Shown: one piece after another, positions 50,198-63,926 of the stretch | Numbering within the stretch: the first letter of the stretch is position 1 | Layout: each line of letters opens with the position of its first letter | Assembly: GCF_030144855.1 (NCBI RefSeq) | Contig: NC_082709.1 | Span: 103,044,001-103,108,000, forward strand | Direction of reading: 5' to 3' | Origin: Hypanus sabinus | Lineage: Eukaryota | Length of the DNA: 64,000 nt | The notes under the pieces: model-generated | Told to the model about the DNA's origin: nothing | Databases searched by the model: none | Seen by the model: only the letters and a program-made list of their open reading frames with translations | Translations under genes and position numbers: made by a program

Positions 50198-51046
50198 AAA
50201 AGTTAGCTATGTTTGCCAAAAAAGGCTCCTTTGCATGGAACTTTACAATGTATGGATTTCACAATAAGCCTCAGTGTCTTGGGTTGTAAAGAGGTTAGAT
50301 GACAGGACTCAGAAAGTTGGGGTAATGGATCTGTTTATCAATTAGTGAGATACAAACTGCAGTATTCCTAGATATCTATACCAGGCCATTAGCTCTTCAC
50401 AGTATTTAGGAATGACTAGTAAGGACTCTGGGAGACAATTATACATTAAATTAAGCATACACTATAGGTAGCAAGAGATAGGAGTAGAAAGTTATACCGA
50501 GATCTGAAGGGCACCTTTTGAAATGCAATCAAGGCAGACAATTAGGTAGCGATTAGACATGATACAGGCAACAACTTTAAATTCAAGTAGTTCAAGAAGC
50601 CTGTGGAACATGAATTTAAGCCCGTCTGGAATGTACACTGAGTAAGTGAATGTAGTTCTGCCACCTCCCAATGAAAACATCACTAGCACCTAAAAATGAA
50701 TACACACTTATCAAAAATATGTCTTCTTGCTTCCCTTAATTGGTATTCCACAAAGTATATTATAAACTTCAGCACATTTCAGTGTAATTTTGCTCCAAAA
50801 GTCCATTTCTTTAATCAAATATGAGGAATATGAAGCAGCATGAAATGTTCCAGCTGTAGATTCAAAGTGACTTTTGCCTTTCCAGTTGTCACCTTAAAGG
50901 CAGGGGAAAGCCAGGGAAACCAACTTCCGTACTTCTATTGGTAGAGCTTTCTACAAGAAGTCTCTTAAGGAAACTGAGAACAGCTGGAGGCAGCGACCTC
51001 CAACATTTAACAAGTGAAGTGAATGGACCGTATTATCTATATCCCA

Positions 51047-51160
51047 TCACGTGGTGAATCGCCTGTCTGGTTTTGGTGCACATTTCAAAATTGCTCCTCT
51101 CCACAATGCAGGGGCAAGTAAAAGGCTTAAAGTAGTGACACTGAGAATGAGAAGGTACAC
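51047..51160 (-). CDS. TMCO3: TMCO3 last coding exon, 114 bp including TGA (not in ORF track)
   Basis: Follows a 119-bp intron. Acceptor ctctacag|GTG TAC; encodes [37 protein letters not shown]. Confidence 0.95.
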   Translation of the reverse strand: MYLLILSVTTLSLLLAPALWRGAILKCAPKPDRRFTT

Positions 51161-51279
51161 CTGTAGAGAAAGAAGATGGTATCTGCTTTATTTTAGGTTT
51201 TATTGTGTATAATGCAAAATTATCCAAATACATTATTGCAATGCTTAAACTGATATTGAACAATTAAAAAATAACCTAC

Positions 51280-51429
51280 CTCTCGAGATATAATCCCCGA
51301 CTTACGGGCCCGACTACTCAGAACAAAAGAAAACTCACTGACTTGCGCTAAACCAGCAGAAACTATCCATCTGATGTACCTGCTGTTTCTTGGGAGAATC
51401 AGAGAGAGGACAAGAACTGCTAAGATAAA
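51280..51429 (-). CDS. TMCO3: TMCO3 penultimate coding exon, 150 bp (not in ORF track)
   Basis: Acceptor ctcttctag|TTT ATC; encodes [50 protein letters not shown]; donor GAG|GTAGGT. Confidence 0.95.
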
Positions 51430-51616
51430 CTAGAAGAGAGAAAAAAAATTAAAATGCATTAAAACTATCACTTACACACTGTCCTCAATGATTTTAAACA
51501 CTCTAGGTCATTTCATTGTATTGCACATGACCTGTATTTTTAAATTATCAGCAACTGATTAAAAACAAACAGCACTTCACAAGAGGAGACAAACTTTTGA
51601 AAACCCAATGATAACA

Positions 51617-52135
51617 TACACTTTATTCAGTATATCTGTACATTAATGTAAATACCTAATCAGCCAATAATGTGGCAGCAAATCAACGTATAAAAGCATG
51701 GTCAAGACTCTAGAAGTTCAGTTGTTGCTCAGACCAAGCATCAGAATGGGAAAGAAATGTGATCTAAGTGACTTTTGACTGTGGAGTGAATGTTGGTGTC
51801 AGATGGGGTGGTTTGAGTATATCAGAAACTGCTAATTTGAAAATCTCAGATTCAGATTTTCATGCACAGCAGTCTCTTGAGTTTACAGAGAATCCAGCAA
51901 GTAGCAGTTCTGTGGGAGAAAACACACTGTTAATGAGAGGGATCAGAGGAGAATGGCCAGACTGGTTCAAGCTGACAGGAAGGTGACAGTAACTCTTAAC
52001 AACCACACACTACAACAGTGGTGTACAGAGGAGATCTCTGAATGCACAATATGTTGAACCATTAAGTGGATGGGCTACAGTAGTAGAAGACCATACTGGG
52101 TTTGATTCTTGTACCTAATAAAGTGCCACTGTGTA
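51617..52135. mobile_element. Tc1-derived non-autonomous element
   Basis: Degenerate TIRs CACTTTATT.AGT / ACCTAATAAAGTG; internal ATGGGAAAGAAATGTGATCTAAGTGAC resembles a Tc1 transposase start. Confidence 0.65.
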
Positions 52136-52299
52136 TATAATCTTTGAAGTTGTTTTAAACTCAAAACCCAAGTTTGCTGTAAAAATGTCCTTATACAAAT
52201 GGCACCTCAGAGAGATGATTTTTTGTGTGCAGCTCTCAAGGTCATCATCAAATTTTCCCATTTGGAACTACTGCAGCTAAAATCTGCAGCCACAAACAC

Positions 52300-54965
52300 T
52301 GCAGTGAGTAACATTGTTTCAAGCTATTCAAAAAACTAAATCCTCACTGATGAACTTTGGACTGCAGACCACTCAGGGAATGAGTTTAACAGCTAGAAGC
52401 TCAGGTGAGGTGTCCATTGTCTCAAAAAAAAAACACAGCTGACTTGGAGGGCTCCAGGGAAAATGAGGTGAAAGGCCCCAAGACCTTCCCCTACCATCAT
52501 CCTGGCTAATGCAGTGTCCCTGGAAAATAAAACAAGACCCCAGAGCAACACTGCAGTACCAGAAGGACATCGGGGACAACTGTGTACGCTGGTCACCCAT
52601 AGCACCATCCACCGCATGGACCAGACAGTGGCGGCAGGTAAAGGCAGAGGCTACACTGTTTACTCATCATTGTGAAAAGATATGGTAGTTTTGTCTCAGT
52701 CCAGCTCCAGACCTGGAACAACGGGCAGTCAAGTGTCATTTGTTCTACCTGCTGAGGGAGTTCTCTGCCATCATTCTGGTAGCAACGTACATTCCACACC
52801 TGGCAAACTGGACAAGCTGAGCATTACAATCAACATTCATGAGGTAGCACACCCTGACACCTTCCCAATCATCACTGGAGATTTCAGCCAGGCCAGCTTG
52901 AAGTCCCTGAAAACTTATCTCCAACATTTCACGTGCAGAGAGAAGCCAACACACTCAATCACTGTTACACTTCTGTCAAGAATGCTTACTATGCCATCCT
53001 GCGCCTGCACTTTGACAAGCTCAATCACCTGGCTGTACGTACCATGACAGGCAGAGAAGCATTTATAGGACTGCTTCAGAATCAGTGGACTGGACCATTT
53101 TCAAGGTTTCATCTGAATGAATGTGCCACAGATATAACTGACATCATCAAGACCTACACCATTGTGTGTGTGGCTTCAAGAACATACTGAGTTTCCCCAA
53201 ACCAGAAGCCCTGGATGAACCACGAGATTCACAGTCTGATGAGGGCTAGATCTGTGGCGTTCAAGACCAGTCACCCAGAAGGTCATCATATGAGCAAAGA
53301 GACAATTCCATGAGAAAGCAGAGATGCAATCAGATGTATGGCAGTTGTGCTAGGGTTTGTATGATATTATTTCCTATAACGTGAAACCTAACAGCATAAA
53401 CGATAGTGATGTTTCACTCCCCGAAGAGCTCAATGCCCTTTATGCACACTTTGAAAGTGAGAGTAACACAACCCCCATGCAAATCCCCACAACATCCGTC
53501 GATCCTGTGATCTCTGTCTTGGGGAGGGGGGATCAATATCAGAACATCCTTCAAGAGAGTTAACCCTCACAAAGCATTAGGGTACTGAAAACTTGAGTCA
53601 ACCCATTGGCTACAGTAATTAAGGACACTTTCAACCTCTCACTGCTACGGTCTGAGGGTCGCACTGTTTCAAAAGGGCAGCAATCATTCTGGTGCTCAAA
53701 AAATGCAAGGCGACTTGCCTCAACAACTATTCCCAGTGCACTCACATCTGTTGTGATGAAGTGCTTTGAGAGTTTGGTCATGGTTAGAATCAACTCCTCC
53801 ATGAGCAAGGGCCTGAACCCACTGCAGTTCATCCACCATCACAACAGGTCTACAGTGGATGCAGTATCACTGACTCTCCACTGCTTTAGGGCATCTAACA
53901 GCAAAATATACTGTTGTTTATTGATTAAAAGTCAGCATTCAATACCATCACCCTCTTAGTATTAATCCACAAGCTTCAAACCTGGCCCTCTGTACCTCCT
54001 TCTGCAACTGGATCCTCAACTTCCTCATTCCAAAACTGGTCAGTATTGATTAATAATAAAATTTTCTCCTTGCGGGCAATCAACAATGGTGCACCTCAAT
54101 GATGTGTGTTTAGCTCACTGCTCTACTGTCCCTACACTCACGACTGTGGGGCTAAGCAGAGCTAAAAACCATCTATAAATTTGCAAATGACATCACTGTT
54201 GTTAATAAAATCTCAGGAGGCAACAGGAAGGTATACAGGAGATAGATAAGCTTGTTGAGAGGTGTTGCAACAAAAACTCACACTCAAGATCAAGGAATTG
54301 ATTGCGGACTTCAGGAAAGGGAAGTCAGGAAAATACATACCATTTCTCATTGAGGGGTTAGTGGTGGAAAGGATGAGTAACTTTAAGTTCCTGGGTGCCA
54401 TCTTGTTGGATCCTTGGCCCAACATACTAATGTAACCATGAAGAAAGCTCTACTTCAGTGGCTCTACTTCATTAGGAGTTTGAGGAGATTTGGTAGGTGA
54501 GGAGGTCACCAAAAACTATTACAAGTTTATGTAGGTGTATAGTGGAAAGCATTCTGACTGGTTGCATTATAGCCCGTTATGGAGCTTCCAATATACAGCA
54601 TTGTGTGAGGTTGTAGACTCAATCATCACAGACACAACCTTCCCCAACAATGAAACCTTCATGAGGCAATACCTCAAGAAGGCAGTATACATCACTGAGT
54701 ACCCTCACCATCCAGGACATGCTCTGTTCTCATTACTACCATCAGGGAGGAGGTACAAGAGCCTGAAGACCCATACTCAAGCATTCATTAACAGTTTCTT
54801 CTCCTCTGCCATCAAAGTTTTGAATGTTCTATGAATACATGAACATTACCTCATTATTCTTTTCTTTTGCAATATTTATTTTGTAATATATGGTAATTTT
54901 ATGTATTTCCACTAAACTGCTGTAACAAAACAAATTTCACATCATACAAGACAGTGAAAATAAAT
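52300..54965 (+). mobile_element. Decayed Rex1/Babar LINE (EN and RT) in a TMCO3 intron, antisense to the gene
   Basis: IITGDFSQASLK, FPNQKPWMN, LPEELNALYAHFE, ALTSVVMKCFE and LLPSGRRYKSL motifs. Confidence 0.88.
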
Positions 54966-55587
54966 CTCACTGGTTCTGAAAATGTGCCTCTAAATTTACT
55001 TACTGGATTTCCTGATAAATTAGAGAGAGGCTCACTTGTCAAACTAAAGATAGCCACCTGATGGCTGGTTACAAGCAGCTGCAAATAGTAACAACTTTAG
55101 TTAATTTTAACTACAATTAACAATTAGTTCCAAGTACAAATATTATTGCACTTAGTAACTCAGGGCAACAGTGCACAAATGTGCCATCAAAACAGTAAAT
55201 AAAAGGCTCAGTAGTGCTAGCTTTTATAAACAGAGACAAGAATACATAAACAAATATAACGGTACCAAAACAAGAACGTTATGCTAAACCTATATGAAAC
55301 TACAGCTTAGCTCCAGTTGGAGTATGGTATCCCTCTACATTTTGAATTTTATATAATCCAGTTTTCCACAAAGCCACCATGCTACTTTCAAAGTATCACA
55401 GGATTTTAACAAACACACTCTTACTAACATCACACAGATTCCAAAAGCATTTCAACAAATAAAGGAAAAATATCGCAGCTGTAGGAATCCTAAAAACTCC
55501 AAAATTAGGGAACGGAAATACTCAGGTCAATCTATTGAGAAGTGGAAGCTACGTCAGCCTTCCTCAAGCTGGTATTAACTACATTAC

Positions 55588-55667
55588 CTTAAATACCACC
55601 ACAGTCAGTGTAAGGCACATTAGGACAGTCAGTTCATAAAGCACAAATGTTGGGAACACGTGTAGAC
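55588..55667 (-). CDS. TMCO3: TMCO3 internal coding exon, 80 bp (not in ORF track)
   Basis: Acceptor ttttcacag|GT CTA CAC; encodes (G)LHVFPTFVLYELTVLMCLTLTVVVFK; donor AAG|GTAATG. Confidence 0.93.
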
Positions 55668-55994
55668 CTGTGAAAAGCAGAAAATCATCAGTAGTCTAGT
55701 TAAAATGATAGTTTACATATTAGTTCCCAATATCACTAATCTGGCTTTGTTAACAGCTAAAAAAAAACTCAATGCAAATCAAAGAACTGCAGATAACGGA
55801 ATCTGAAAAACAACATAAAAATGATGGAAATATTCAGCTGGTCAGTAGAAAGAGAAACAGTTTCAGGATGAATTTCTTATACAAGAATGGGGAAAATAGA
55901 TAACTAAGAGCAGAACTGACTGGTTTTCATGCTAATGAACCAAGTTACTCAAATCAATAGAGTGCAGAAAGCTGTAACATTGCACCTTCTGTAG

Positions 55995-56830
55995 AGTGGA
56001 GGTACAGGAGCATGAAGACCTACACGCAGCGTTTAAGTAACACCTTCTTACCCTCTGTCATCAGATTTATGAATGGTCCATGAATTCATGATCACTACCT
56101 CACTATATTTGACGCAGTAGTACCAGGATAACAGCCTCTCTCTCAATGTCCAAAAGAGGAAAAAGCTGATTGTGGATTACAGGAGGAACAGGGACACGCT
56201 CAGCCCAATTAACATCAATGGGTCTGCAGTTGAGAAGGTGAGTAGTTTCAAGTTCCTCAGTATACACATCACCAAATGATCTCACACGGATTGTACACAC
56301 CAGTTTTGTGGCAAAAAAAGAACAACAGTGTCTCTTCCACCTCAGGCAACTGAAGAAGTTCGGCATGGGCCCCCAAATCCTCAAGATCTTTTACAGGGGC
56401 ACCATGAGAGCATCCTGACTCACTGTATCACCACCTGGTATGGGAACTGCACCAACCTCGATCACTGGGCACAGCAGAAAGACCTGGAAGATCGCTGGGG
56501 ACACCAGTTACCTCAACCATAAACTGATTTAGCTGCTTCCATCTGGCAAATGCTACTGCAGCATTAAAGCCTGGACCAACAGGCTACGAGACCATTTCTT
56601 TCTACAAGCCATTAGGTGGTTAAATTCACATCACTGTACTTTGCAACAGAGTCATAACACAAAGATTTTTACTCCTTCACTTTGAGGGATGGATGCAAGA
56701 TTAAAATAAATTCAAATTCTCTTTTTGTACTATTTATTTTATATATTTCTTATTGTAATTTTAAGTTTTTTGTGTATTACATCATACCACTGCAAAACAA
56801 TTTTCATGACATATGTCAGTGATAACGAAC
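55995..56830 (+). mobile_element. Rex/Babar 3' fragments, one nested in another
   Basis: ESILTHCITTWYGNC and HLRQLKKFG motifs; 3'UTR similar to 54780-54965. Confidence 0.75.
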
Positions 56831-57829
56831 CTCTTTCTAACCTGCTAAGTGTTTCCATCATTTTTTATTTTGATTTTACACCTTTTACACATTTTACAAT
56901 TTTACACATTCATTCCTTCACCATTATTACTTCCTCAAGAGTGCTCCTCTGTCAGAGCCCATACCAACAGATATGCCCATGCCCTCACCCTTGAATTCCC
57001 ATTGCCCAAAGCAAGGGATGCCACTCACTGAGGGCAACTTCCCATTGCCCATTCACAGATTTAGATTTAGGATAAGGGATGATAAATTTAGAGGGGATCT
57101 GAGGGGGACCTTTTCCACCCAGACAGTAGTACCTGGAATGCACTACTGAAGAGTGGTGGAAACAGAGTCACTGACAGCATTTAAGTACCCAGTTAACCAC
57201 GGTTCATCTAGATTTTGGAATCTATTGGCCAAGTGCTGGAAAATGAAATTAATATGGATAGGTGCCCTGGTCAGCAAAGATGAGGTGGGCCAAATAGTCT
57301 GTTTCCATGCTATATGACTCTGACACAGAGAGGCATCCTCATTCCTCCTCCGCACATCCCTACATTATTGGAAGCTCTAAAGCCCCTCCACATCAAAGAA
57401 AGGTCTTTACCCTGTTTCCCCACTTCCCCCACCATGCACTGAAGGTGACTCCGCACCACTACCCTCCTGATTAAAGGATACTCTTTGCAACACACACAAA
57501 GCATTTTACATTCTCTTCACTACATTATAATACAAGCTGCAAGTCACCATATAAAACACGATTTCTAGAAAGTACTCAAAATTATTAAAAATCGTAGCCA
57601 AAAGTGGATCCCTTTCATACTGTTAAGGTTCACATCACAGATATAATCACCTTTTCTTGGAAAATTAGATAACAACGTGCTGTACCTCAGCCTTTAAAAA
57701 GCATTATCATTTCTGCATGGTGACAGACAATATCCCGCTGTTTCCTATTCCAAGCCCATTGAAGGTGTTGTGGCTCACATTCACCCCATATTCTCATCAA
57801 CTCCCTCCTAATTTTTTTCCACTCACTTA

Positions 57830-58020
57830 CAAACTAGGGGAAATTTACATCCTCCTATTTACCAAATAACAGTCTTTTCAGATGTGGGAGGAAACTAGAG
57901 AAAACTCACAAGGTCACAGGGAGAATGTATAAACTCCACACAGATAACACCAGTAGTCAGATTGAACACAGGTTGCTGAAGCTGAGGCAAGAGTTCTACT
58001 GGCTGCACAACTGTTCTGCT
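57830..58020 (-). mobile_element. HE1/V-SINE-like element
   Basis: Reverse complement reads tRNA-like head, TGTGTGGAGTTTATACATTCTCCCTGTGACC, then GTTTCCTCCCACATC. Confidence 0.7.
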
Positions 58021-58504
58021 CTATTTTTGGCAGAAAATAATCAGCATATATATTTCAGAACACACACTTAGCACAGCACAAGCAGCATGGATGCTTAGTC
58101 AGATTTTTAAGAACAGATTTTGATGCTCAAACGCTTTGTAAGGTGTACAGTTAGGCTAAATGGCCTGTTTCTGTGTTGTGGTGCTCTATGACTCTAATAC
58201 CCTATATTTTTTCCACTTCTATAAGAGTTTCCATGTTCATCTTACTAAGAAATTTGATGATTGTGCAATGCTCTTTAGCGAAAAAAAAAATGCCTTAGAT
58301 CAAAACTGAAAAAAATCAGAACTGGAAAATTAAGGTAGGATATTCCAACACAGAAGTATCATATGTATGTTGGAAAGGTAAGATAATTAAATAAGAATTG
58401 CTGGAGAGATGTCAGCATTCACTATTTGCCTATTGGAAACAGCACTTGCGTATAATTTTTAAATATTAATATTAAATTCCAGACTGTTAATAAATAAGCG
58501 ATAG

Positions 58505-59455
58505 TCCAAGATGACAGTGCGACGCAGCTTGCAGCGGCCACTCCGGAGCTGATGCCGGTTACTTGTTAAGCTGGGTGCTGTGCACAATCCAAATCTGATG
58601 AAAAATGGACGTGAGAGCACGGAGGAACATCTGGAAATCTCCAGGAAGGCCTTCTTCGTTGCTCCTGCTGCTCTGAGATCTGGGTCTCTGCTGAGAAGAA
58701 CAGGCCCCCAGTCCTCGGGGTCGCAATACCGGTGGCCGTTGGCGGGGGCGTCTTAATGTGCTCAGCAGAGGATGGTGCTCGGAGAGGCTGTGCCGGAGGG
58801 GATGGTCGGAGGTTCGACAGTCTCGGAGTCCACTGTGGTCAGGGCACTTTCACTGTGTGCTGCATCTGCGAGGCTAGGTCTGACGGAGCTTTCATTGAGT
58901 GCTGCGTCTGCAAGGCGGAGTCCGGAGGCGCCCTGGAAGTCCATAGCAGGGGTATTCCCTTCTGCTGTCGGCGTGGGATGATGAGTCTATCGGGACCCTG
59001 CGAACTTGTGGAAACTGTGTGCTGGTTTCTTTTAAACTTAGTCTTTTAACATTTCTGGACTTTTTTTTTTACTGTGCTCATGGTCTGTTTTTTTTTTAAT
59101 CAATTATGGTATTGTCGGAGCGTCTGTTGTAACCATATGTTAACTATATGTAACTATGTGGTTTTGTGTAGGTCTTGTAGCTTTAGTTTTTTGTTTGTTG
59201 GGTGGTAGAGTTGGTCTCCTGACTTGGTGTGTCTGGTGGATTTGGAGCTCCCTTCCGGGGAACGCGCTAAGATGGTAGCACGATATTAATACGCATCAGC
59301 CTCTCCGGACTCTGGATTGGGGATTGCTAAACGTTATGTGGATTTTCTGGTGTAGTCTGTTTTGTCATGTGCTTTTGTGATATCATTCTGAAGAAATGTC
59401 GTCTCATTTTTTAAATGCATTACATTTGTGGTTTCTAAATGACAATAAACTGAAA
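58505..59455 (+). repeat. Unclassified CpG-rich interspersed-repeat-like insert in a TMCO3 intron
   Basis: Sharp GC/CpG contrast with AT-rich flanks. Begins CAAGATG, has a second AAGATGG module at about 59269, and ends GACAATAAACTGAA. No credible ORF. Confidence 0.45.
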
Positions 59456-59534
59456 TTCAATTAAATTCAAATAACTTTCAAGTTATAAGTAGTACTCCCA
59501 TTCCCTAAACCCCTTATAAAGCACTGTTAATTAC

Positions 59535-59685
59535 CAACTGAGGAAAAGAAAATGATGGCCAGAAAATCCCGAATAGGTTCCATACAGTACATCACTTCCT
59601 CTGTAGCCATGTGGCCTTGTGATGAAATTAATGCCCCAGCCAAGAAACAACCAAGTTCCATGGAGATGTTGAGCATTTCAGTTAC
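59535..59685 (-). CDS. TMCO3: TMCO3 internal coding exon, 151 bp
   Basis: Acceptor cctgcag|GTA ACT; encodes [24 protein letters not shown]...[16 protein letters not shown]; donor G|GTAATT. Phase is compatible with both neighbouring exons. Confidence 0.95.
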
Positions 59686-59964
59686 CTGCAGGAGTGCACA
59701 AACAGAAAAGTTCACAAAGTGTAATGTGGTTCAAAGGTCTACAGTTAATAACAATTTAATACTTCTATTTGTATTAGTATACATAGCAGTAATATATTTG
59801 TGCTTAACATTACTTCACATCACAGACATTTCTAATAAACAAAGCCAAAGAAACAAACAGCCCATCAAAGTTTTTTTTTAAAATTCCTTCTGATTTTCTT
59901 TTTAAGGTAGTATTGTAACCAAGAAAATTTTCTTCCCATGATTAATCTTGGACAAACTTGCATT

Positions 59965-60650
59965 TCCAAGTTGGAGTCCAAGTTCATAGCTCCTTGAAAG
60001 TGGCCACACAGGCTAATAGGGAGGTTAAGGCAGCTTAAGGAATGCTTCTGTTTATTAGTCGAGGCATTGAGTCTAAAAGTCATGAGGTTATGTTGCAACT
60101 TTATAAAACTCTGGTTAGGCCTCATGTGGAGTACTGCATACAGTTCTGGTCACCCCACTATGAGAATGACGTTAGGTTTAGGAGAGGGCGCAGAAGAATT
60201 TACCAGGATGCTGCCTGGTTTAGAGGGCATGTGCTTTCATGAGAGGCTGGACAGACTTGGGCTGTTCTCTCTGGAGCAGCAGAGGCTGAGCAGAGATCTG
60301 ATAAAGGTTTATAAGATTATAAACTGTATAAAGTACTCAGGGAGCATCTCTCTCCCAGGGTAGAAATGTTTAATACCAGAAGACATGCATTGAAGGTGAG
60401 TTGGGTAGCTTCTAAGGGGATGTTAGGGGTAAGTTTGATACTCAGAGAGTGGTGGATGCCTGAAATGCGCTGCCCGGTATGGTGGTAGAGGCAAGTACAG
60501 TAGAGGCTTTCAAGAGATATTTAGATAGGCACATGAATACAAGGAAGATGGAAGGATTAGTTTTGGTTTTTTAAAATTTACTTTTTAGCTGGTTTGGCAC
60601 AACAGTGTGGGCCCAAGGGCCTGTTCCTGTGCTCGACTATTCTATGTTTA
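59965..60650 (+). mobile_element. 5'-truncated CR1 LINE
   Basis: LYKTLVRPHVEYCIQFWSPHY motif; CR1 3' hairpin and tail. Confidence 0.9.
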
Positions 60651-63600
60651 ATGCTGCAACATTTGAATATCAACCTGTGACACACAACTCACTACCACAT
60701 GTCAACTTTGATGTATGATGTGCAACTCAGCCTTGTGACATTTTGAGAACATTAAGTCCTGTTGTAGTTTTGAATTGGCTAGTCTTTTCTCTGGTGCATT
60801 TAGGTTCTTAGTTAGGGGCCAATAAAGTGTATGTCCAATACTTTGAGCTCAAAATTTCAAATACAAATAATAAGAATGCAACAAAGATTTATGAAAGTAT
60901 TATCTTCAGTATATAAACTCTTTGAAACTGAATTTAATTTGTCTAATTTATTCATAAACCCAGAACTCAAAACAGAAGAATTTAATTCTTAATTGTGTAT
61001 ATAACATGAGAAGCAAGATAGGCCATTCACTCACTGATGACTGCAACCCTGTTCAACAAGATATCAGTCAATCTTTTACCCATAGTGCCACTTTCCTGCA
61101 CTAACCTTAAACACCTTAATTCTGGTAAAATCCATAAATCTAACAATCTTATGTTTAGAGTATGTCCACTCATGGGTAAAGAATTTCAAAGATTCACTGC
61201 TCCCTGGACAAAAAGAAATCTCATTTCAGTCCTGATACTGAACAGTGAACTTTGAGATTTGACCCCCAGCTCTGGACATCCCATCCAGGAAAAACATCAT
61301 TCATGCACCTATCCTGTCTAACTCCAATACAATTTTGCAAGTTTCAATGAGATTATTAGAAATCAGAGCAGAAATGGACAATTCAGCCCTTGAGCCTGCT
61401 TGCCCAATGAAAATCATAGCTGATCTTTTACCTCAACATCAACCTCTCTGCATACTCCTCAATTTAGTCAGTTTGAATGCAATAGATATTGTTTCTCAAA
61501 TGATTCCTACTGTTCAGTGCTGATTAAACAAAAATCCTTTGCATACACAATTTTTCTGACAATAGGCATCTTGCACCAAAAGTGTCTTTCAAGACATATC
61601 TTACCAATTCAATGTCTGTGCATGTCCATTCTACAATTTCTTACAAAAAGCATCAAACTCTACTGCTTCCAAACACAGAGTCCTGCACCACAGCCACATA
61701 ACACCCCTCACTGAATTAACGTTTTTCTTGACTAGTGCTCTTTCATCAATTCCCTGCTTCTTTCAAGCACTCATATCAACATTATCACCTGTTTCTGGAA
61801 CAGCAGCTACTGGACTGGTATTGTACTTACTTTCTTTACTAGTTAGAAAATGGTCAGATGAGCAAATTGACTTAGGTCACACTGGTCTTCCAAACTTTGC
61901 CTGCTGGTCAATCTGGTCCATCTCTGTGCTTCTGGGAACTTCATCTCCTGGCCGTCTGATGTTTTAGTGATACAGTTTCTACTGAGGTCCTTTGAAGTAC
62001 TTCAATCTCAGGTGACAGGAGACCTCACAGAGAACGAATGCAGGAAGGAATCAGATTGCCTCTCATTTGTCTCAATTCAAGAGGTTGTGGTCCTGGGTCT
62101 GCTTCACCATTGGATGATCCCTGATCCAAGAAATCAATCTGATGAATGTTCACTGCACTCTTATTGCAGGAGTGCCCTTCTTGACATGGAGCAGCCAGAC
62201 CTTTACATAGTTGGTGCAGGTGTAATGTCATTAGGGACATACACAATTAACAGACAAATATCAGTGGTTAGAATGGTCTTATTAATGTGCTAATTCAGGT
62301 AGCCCAGGTACAAATCCAACTGATATATTAAAACAAAGCAACATACACAAGCATCTGCAGATTTTCTCTTGTTTGTGATTTCAAAACAAAGGTTATTCAC
62401 AAGGCACTGTGGGGTATCAGCAACAGCAGAACCTCATAGCAGCATAAGAGTAATGGCTTGGTACACCTCTCACTCCTCAATCAGGGCAAGACTGAAGACC
62501 AATCTTCAATTGTAAATGTTTATATCATGTGATAGACTTCAGAATATTTTGTATCATACATAGGAATTAGGTGTAGGTGGCAGGTCTGAGCTTCATATGT
62601 CTATCTTATTGCCCTAAATTGATGTTAATGGATCCATCTAATTGTTGACTACTTTCAAATCAGCTACTATTCATGGTCAGAAGGCCACATATAATGGTTG
62701 ATGCAACTCCTTGTATTTCTCTTGTTCTTGATGCATGATGAAAATCATGTCTGCCTTATATCTCGATGAGGGCTGCCCAACTTTTTTTGTGCTATGGATC
62801 CTTAATATTAAACAAGGGGTCTGTGGTGTCCAGGTTGGGAACTCTGTTCTAGAAGGTCAGGATCCACAATGTGACTTGGGGAACAGCTCTTTGGCCTGAG
62901 ACGTTGAAGGTTGACAGGATACTGGCAATGAACTTTCCACTGCTAAATAGCAGAGAGACTCTTCTGCTGCAATCAAACTCTTGATGAAAGTCATGATTAC
63001 CTGAAATCACCTGGCATCTTAAAACATGGAAGAGAGGATCAAGGATTTGTGAATGAAGTACCTCTTCATCAGGCTTATGAACTTCTAAAGGGAAATAGTC
63101 TGCTCCCAAGATCTTGCTTGGTTGGCCTTTAGGCTTCTTGTTGTCAGTGGTGGCTGGAGCAGAGTATGCTGTGAAATGGATTTAAGAATGTTCATATTAA
63201 GAACTATGACACGGCTGAAGAGTTTTTCCAAAGTCCACCTTCCAGCAAACTCTGACTGACACTGCCCTTAATAAGTAAACTTCTTTGCTGGTTTTCAGCA
63301 GGGTGGGACCTTGGTTGTTTGGGGCCCAGAGAGCTTTCCCTGAGCATATAATATTTATTAGCTTGTTGCTTCCCACTCATCATTTGTCAGATACCTTGAG
63401 TGGCTGCTTTTCCTCTGAGGTGCAGTGGAGTTTCCAATTCACACATCTTCTTGACCTCTATTTCATTCTTAAACACTTAGAAACTATATTCACTACAGAG
63501 TGGTGGATTTTGCTCAATGAGGTGGGTTGTCTTATTTTGATAGAGGTCTATTTGAACACAAGGCCCTTCCTGAAATCTGCTGAACATACACTTTTAAATA

Positions 63601-63730
63601 ATTCTTCAAAACATTTGGTTCTAGATGAACACTTTAGAAGCCATGTGTTTAGATCAAAGATTTCACTCATTTCTATTGTTCTCAATGTGTGAACAATTGA
63701 ATCAAGTTGAATCAAAATAAATATAATTAC

Positions 63731-63926
63731 CATTAACATAAGAAAGATAAATGCAGATATTCCTAGGACAAGTATCTCTCTATTTCCTTTACCCTCAGTG
63801 TGTAGTTTTCTGTAAAATGGTCCAATGAGATAAGTCTTTATCACAAGAGACATCAAAAGAATTGCAGCCAACGAAAACAGAACTTGACCAATAAGAGCGA
63901 AAATCCTCAGCAGCTCTAATATTAAA
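63731..63926 (-). CDS. TMCO3: TMCO3 internal coding exon (cation/H+ exchanger-like TM region), 196 bp
   Basis: Acceptor ctctacag|T TTA ATA; encodes [21 protein letters not shown]...[31 protein letters not shown]; donor ATG|GTAATT. Upstream exons lie outside the window. Confidence 0.93.

Noticed and set aside
62768-62845. Tiny hAT-like MITE (GGGCTGCCCAAC...GTTGGGAACTC)
   Set aside because: The TIRs are degenerate and there is no matching 8-bp TSD; plausible but unsupported.
61700-63540. Coding-looking intronic sequence, possibly a Tx1/L1 ORF1 remnant or a nested gene
   Set aside because: I could not recover a convincing motif or splice-consistent frame by eye.
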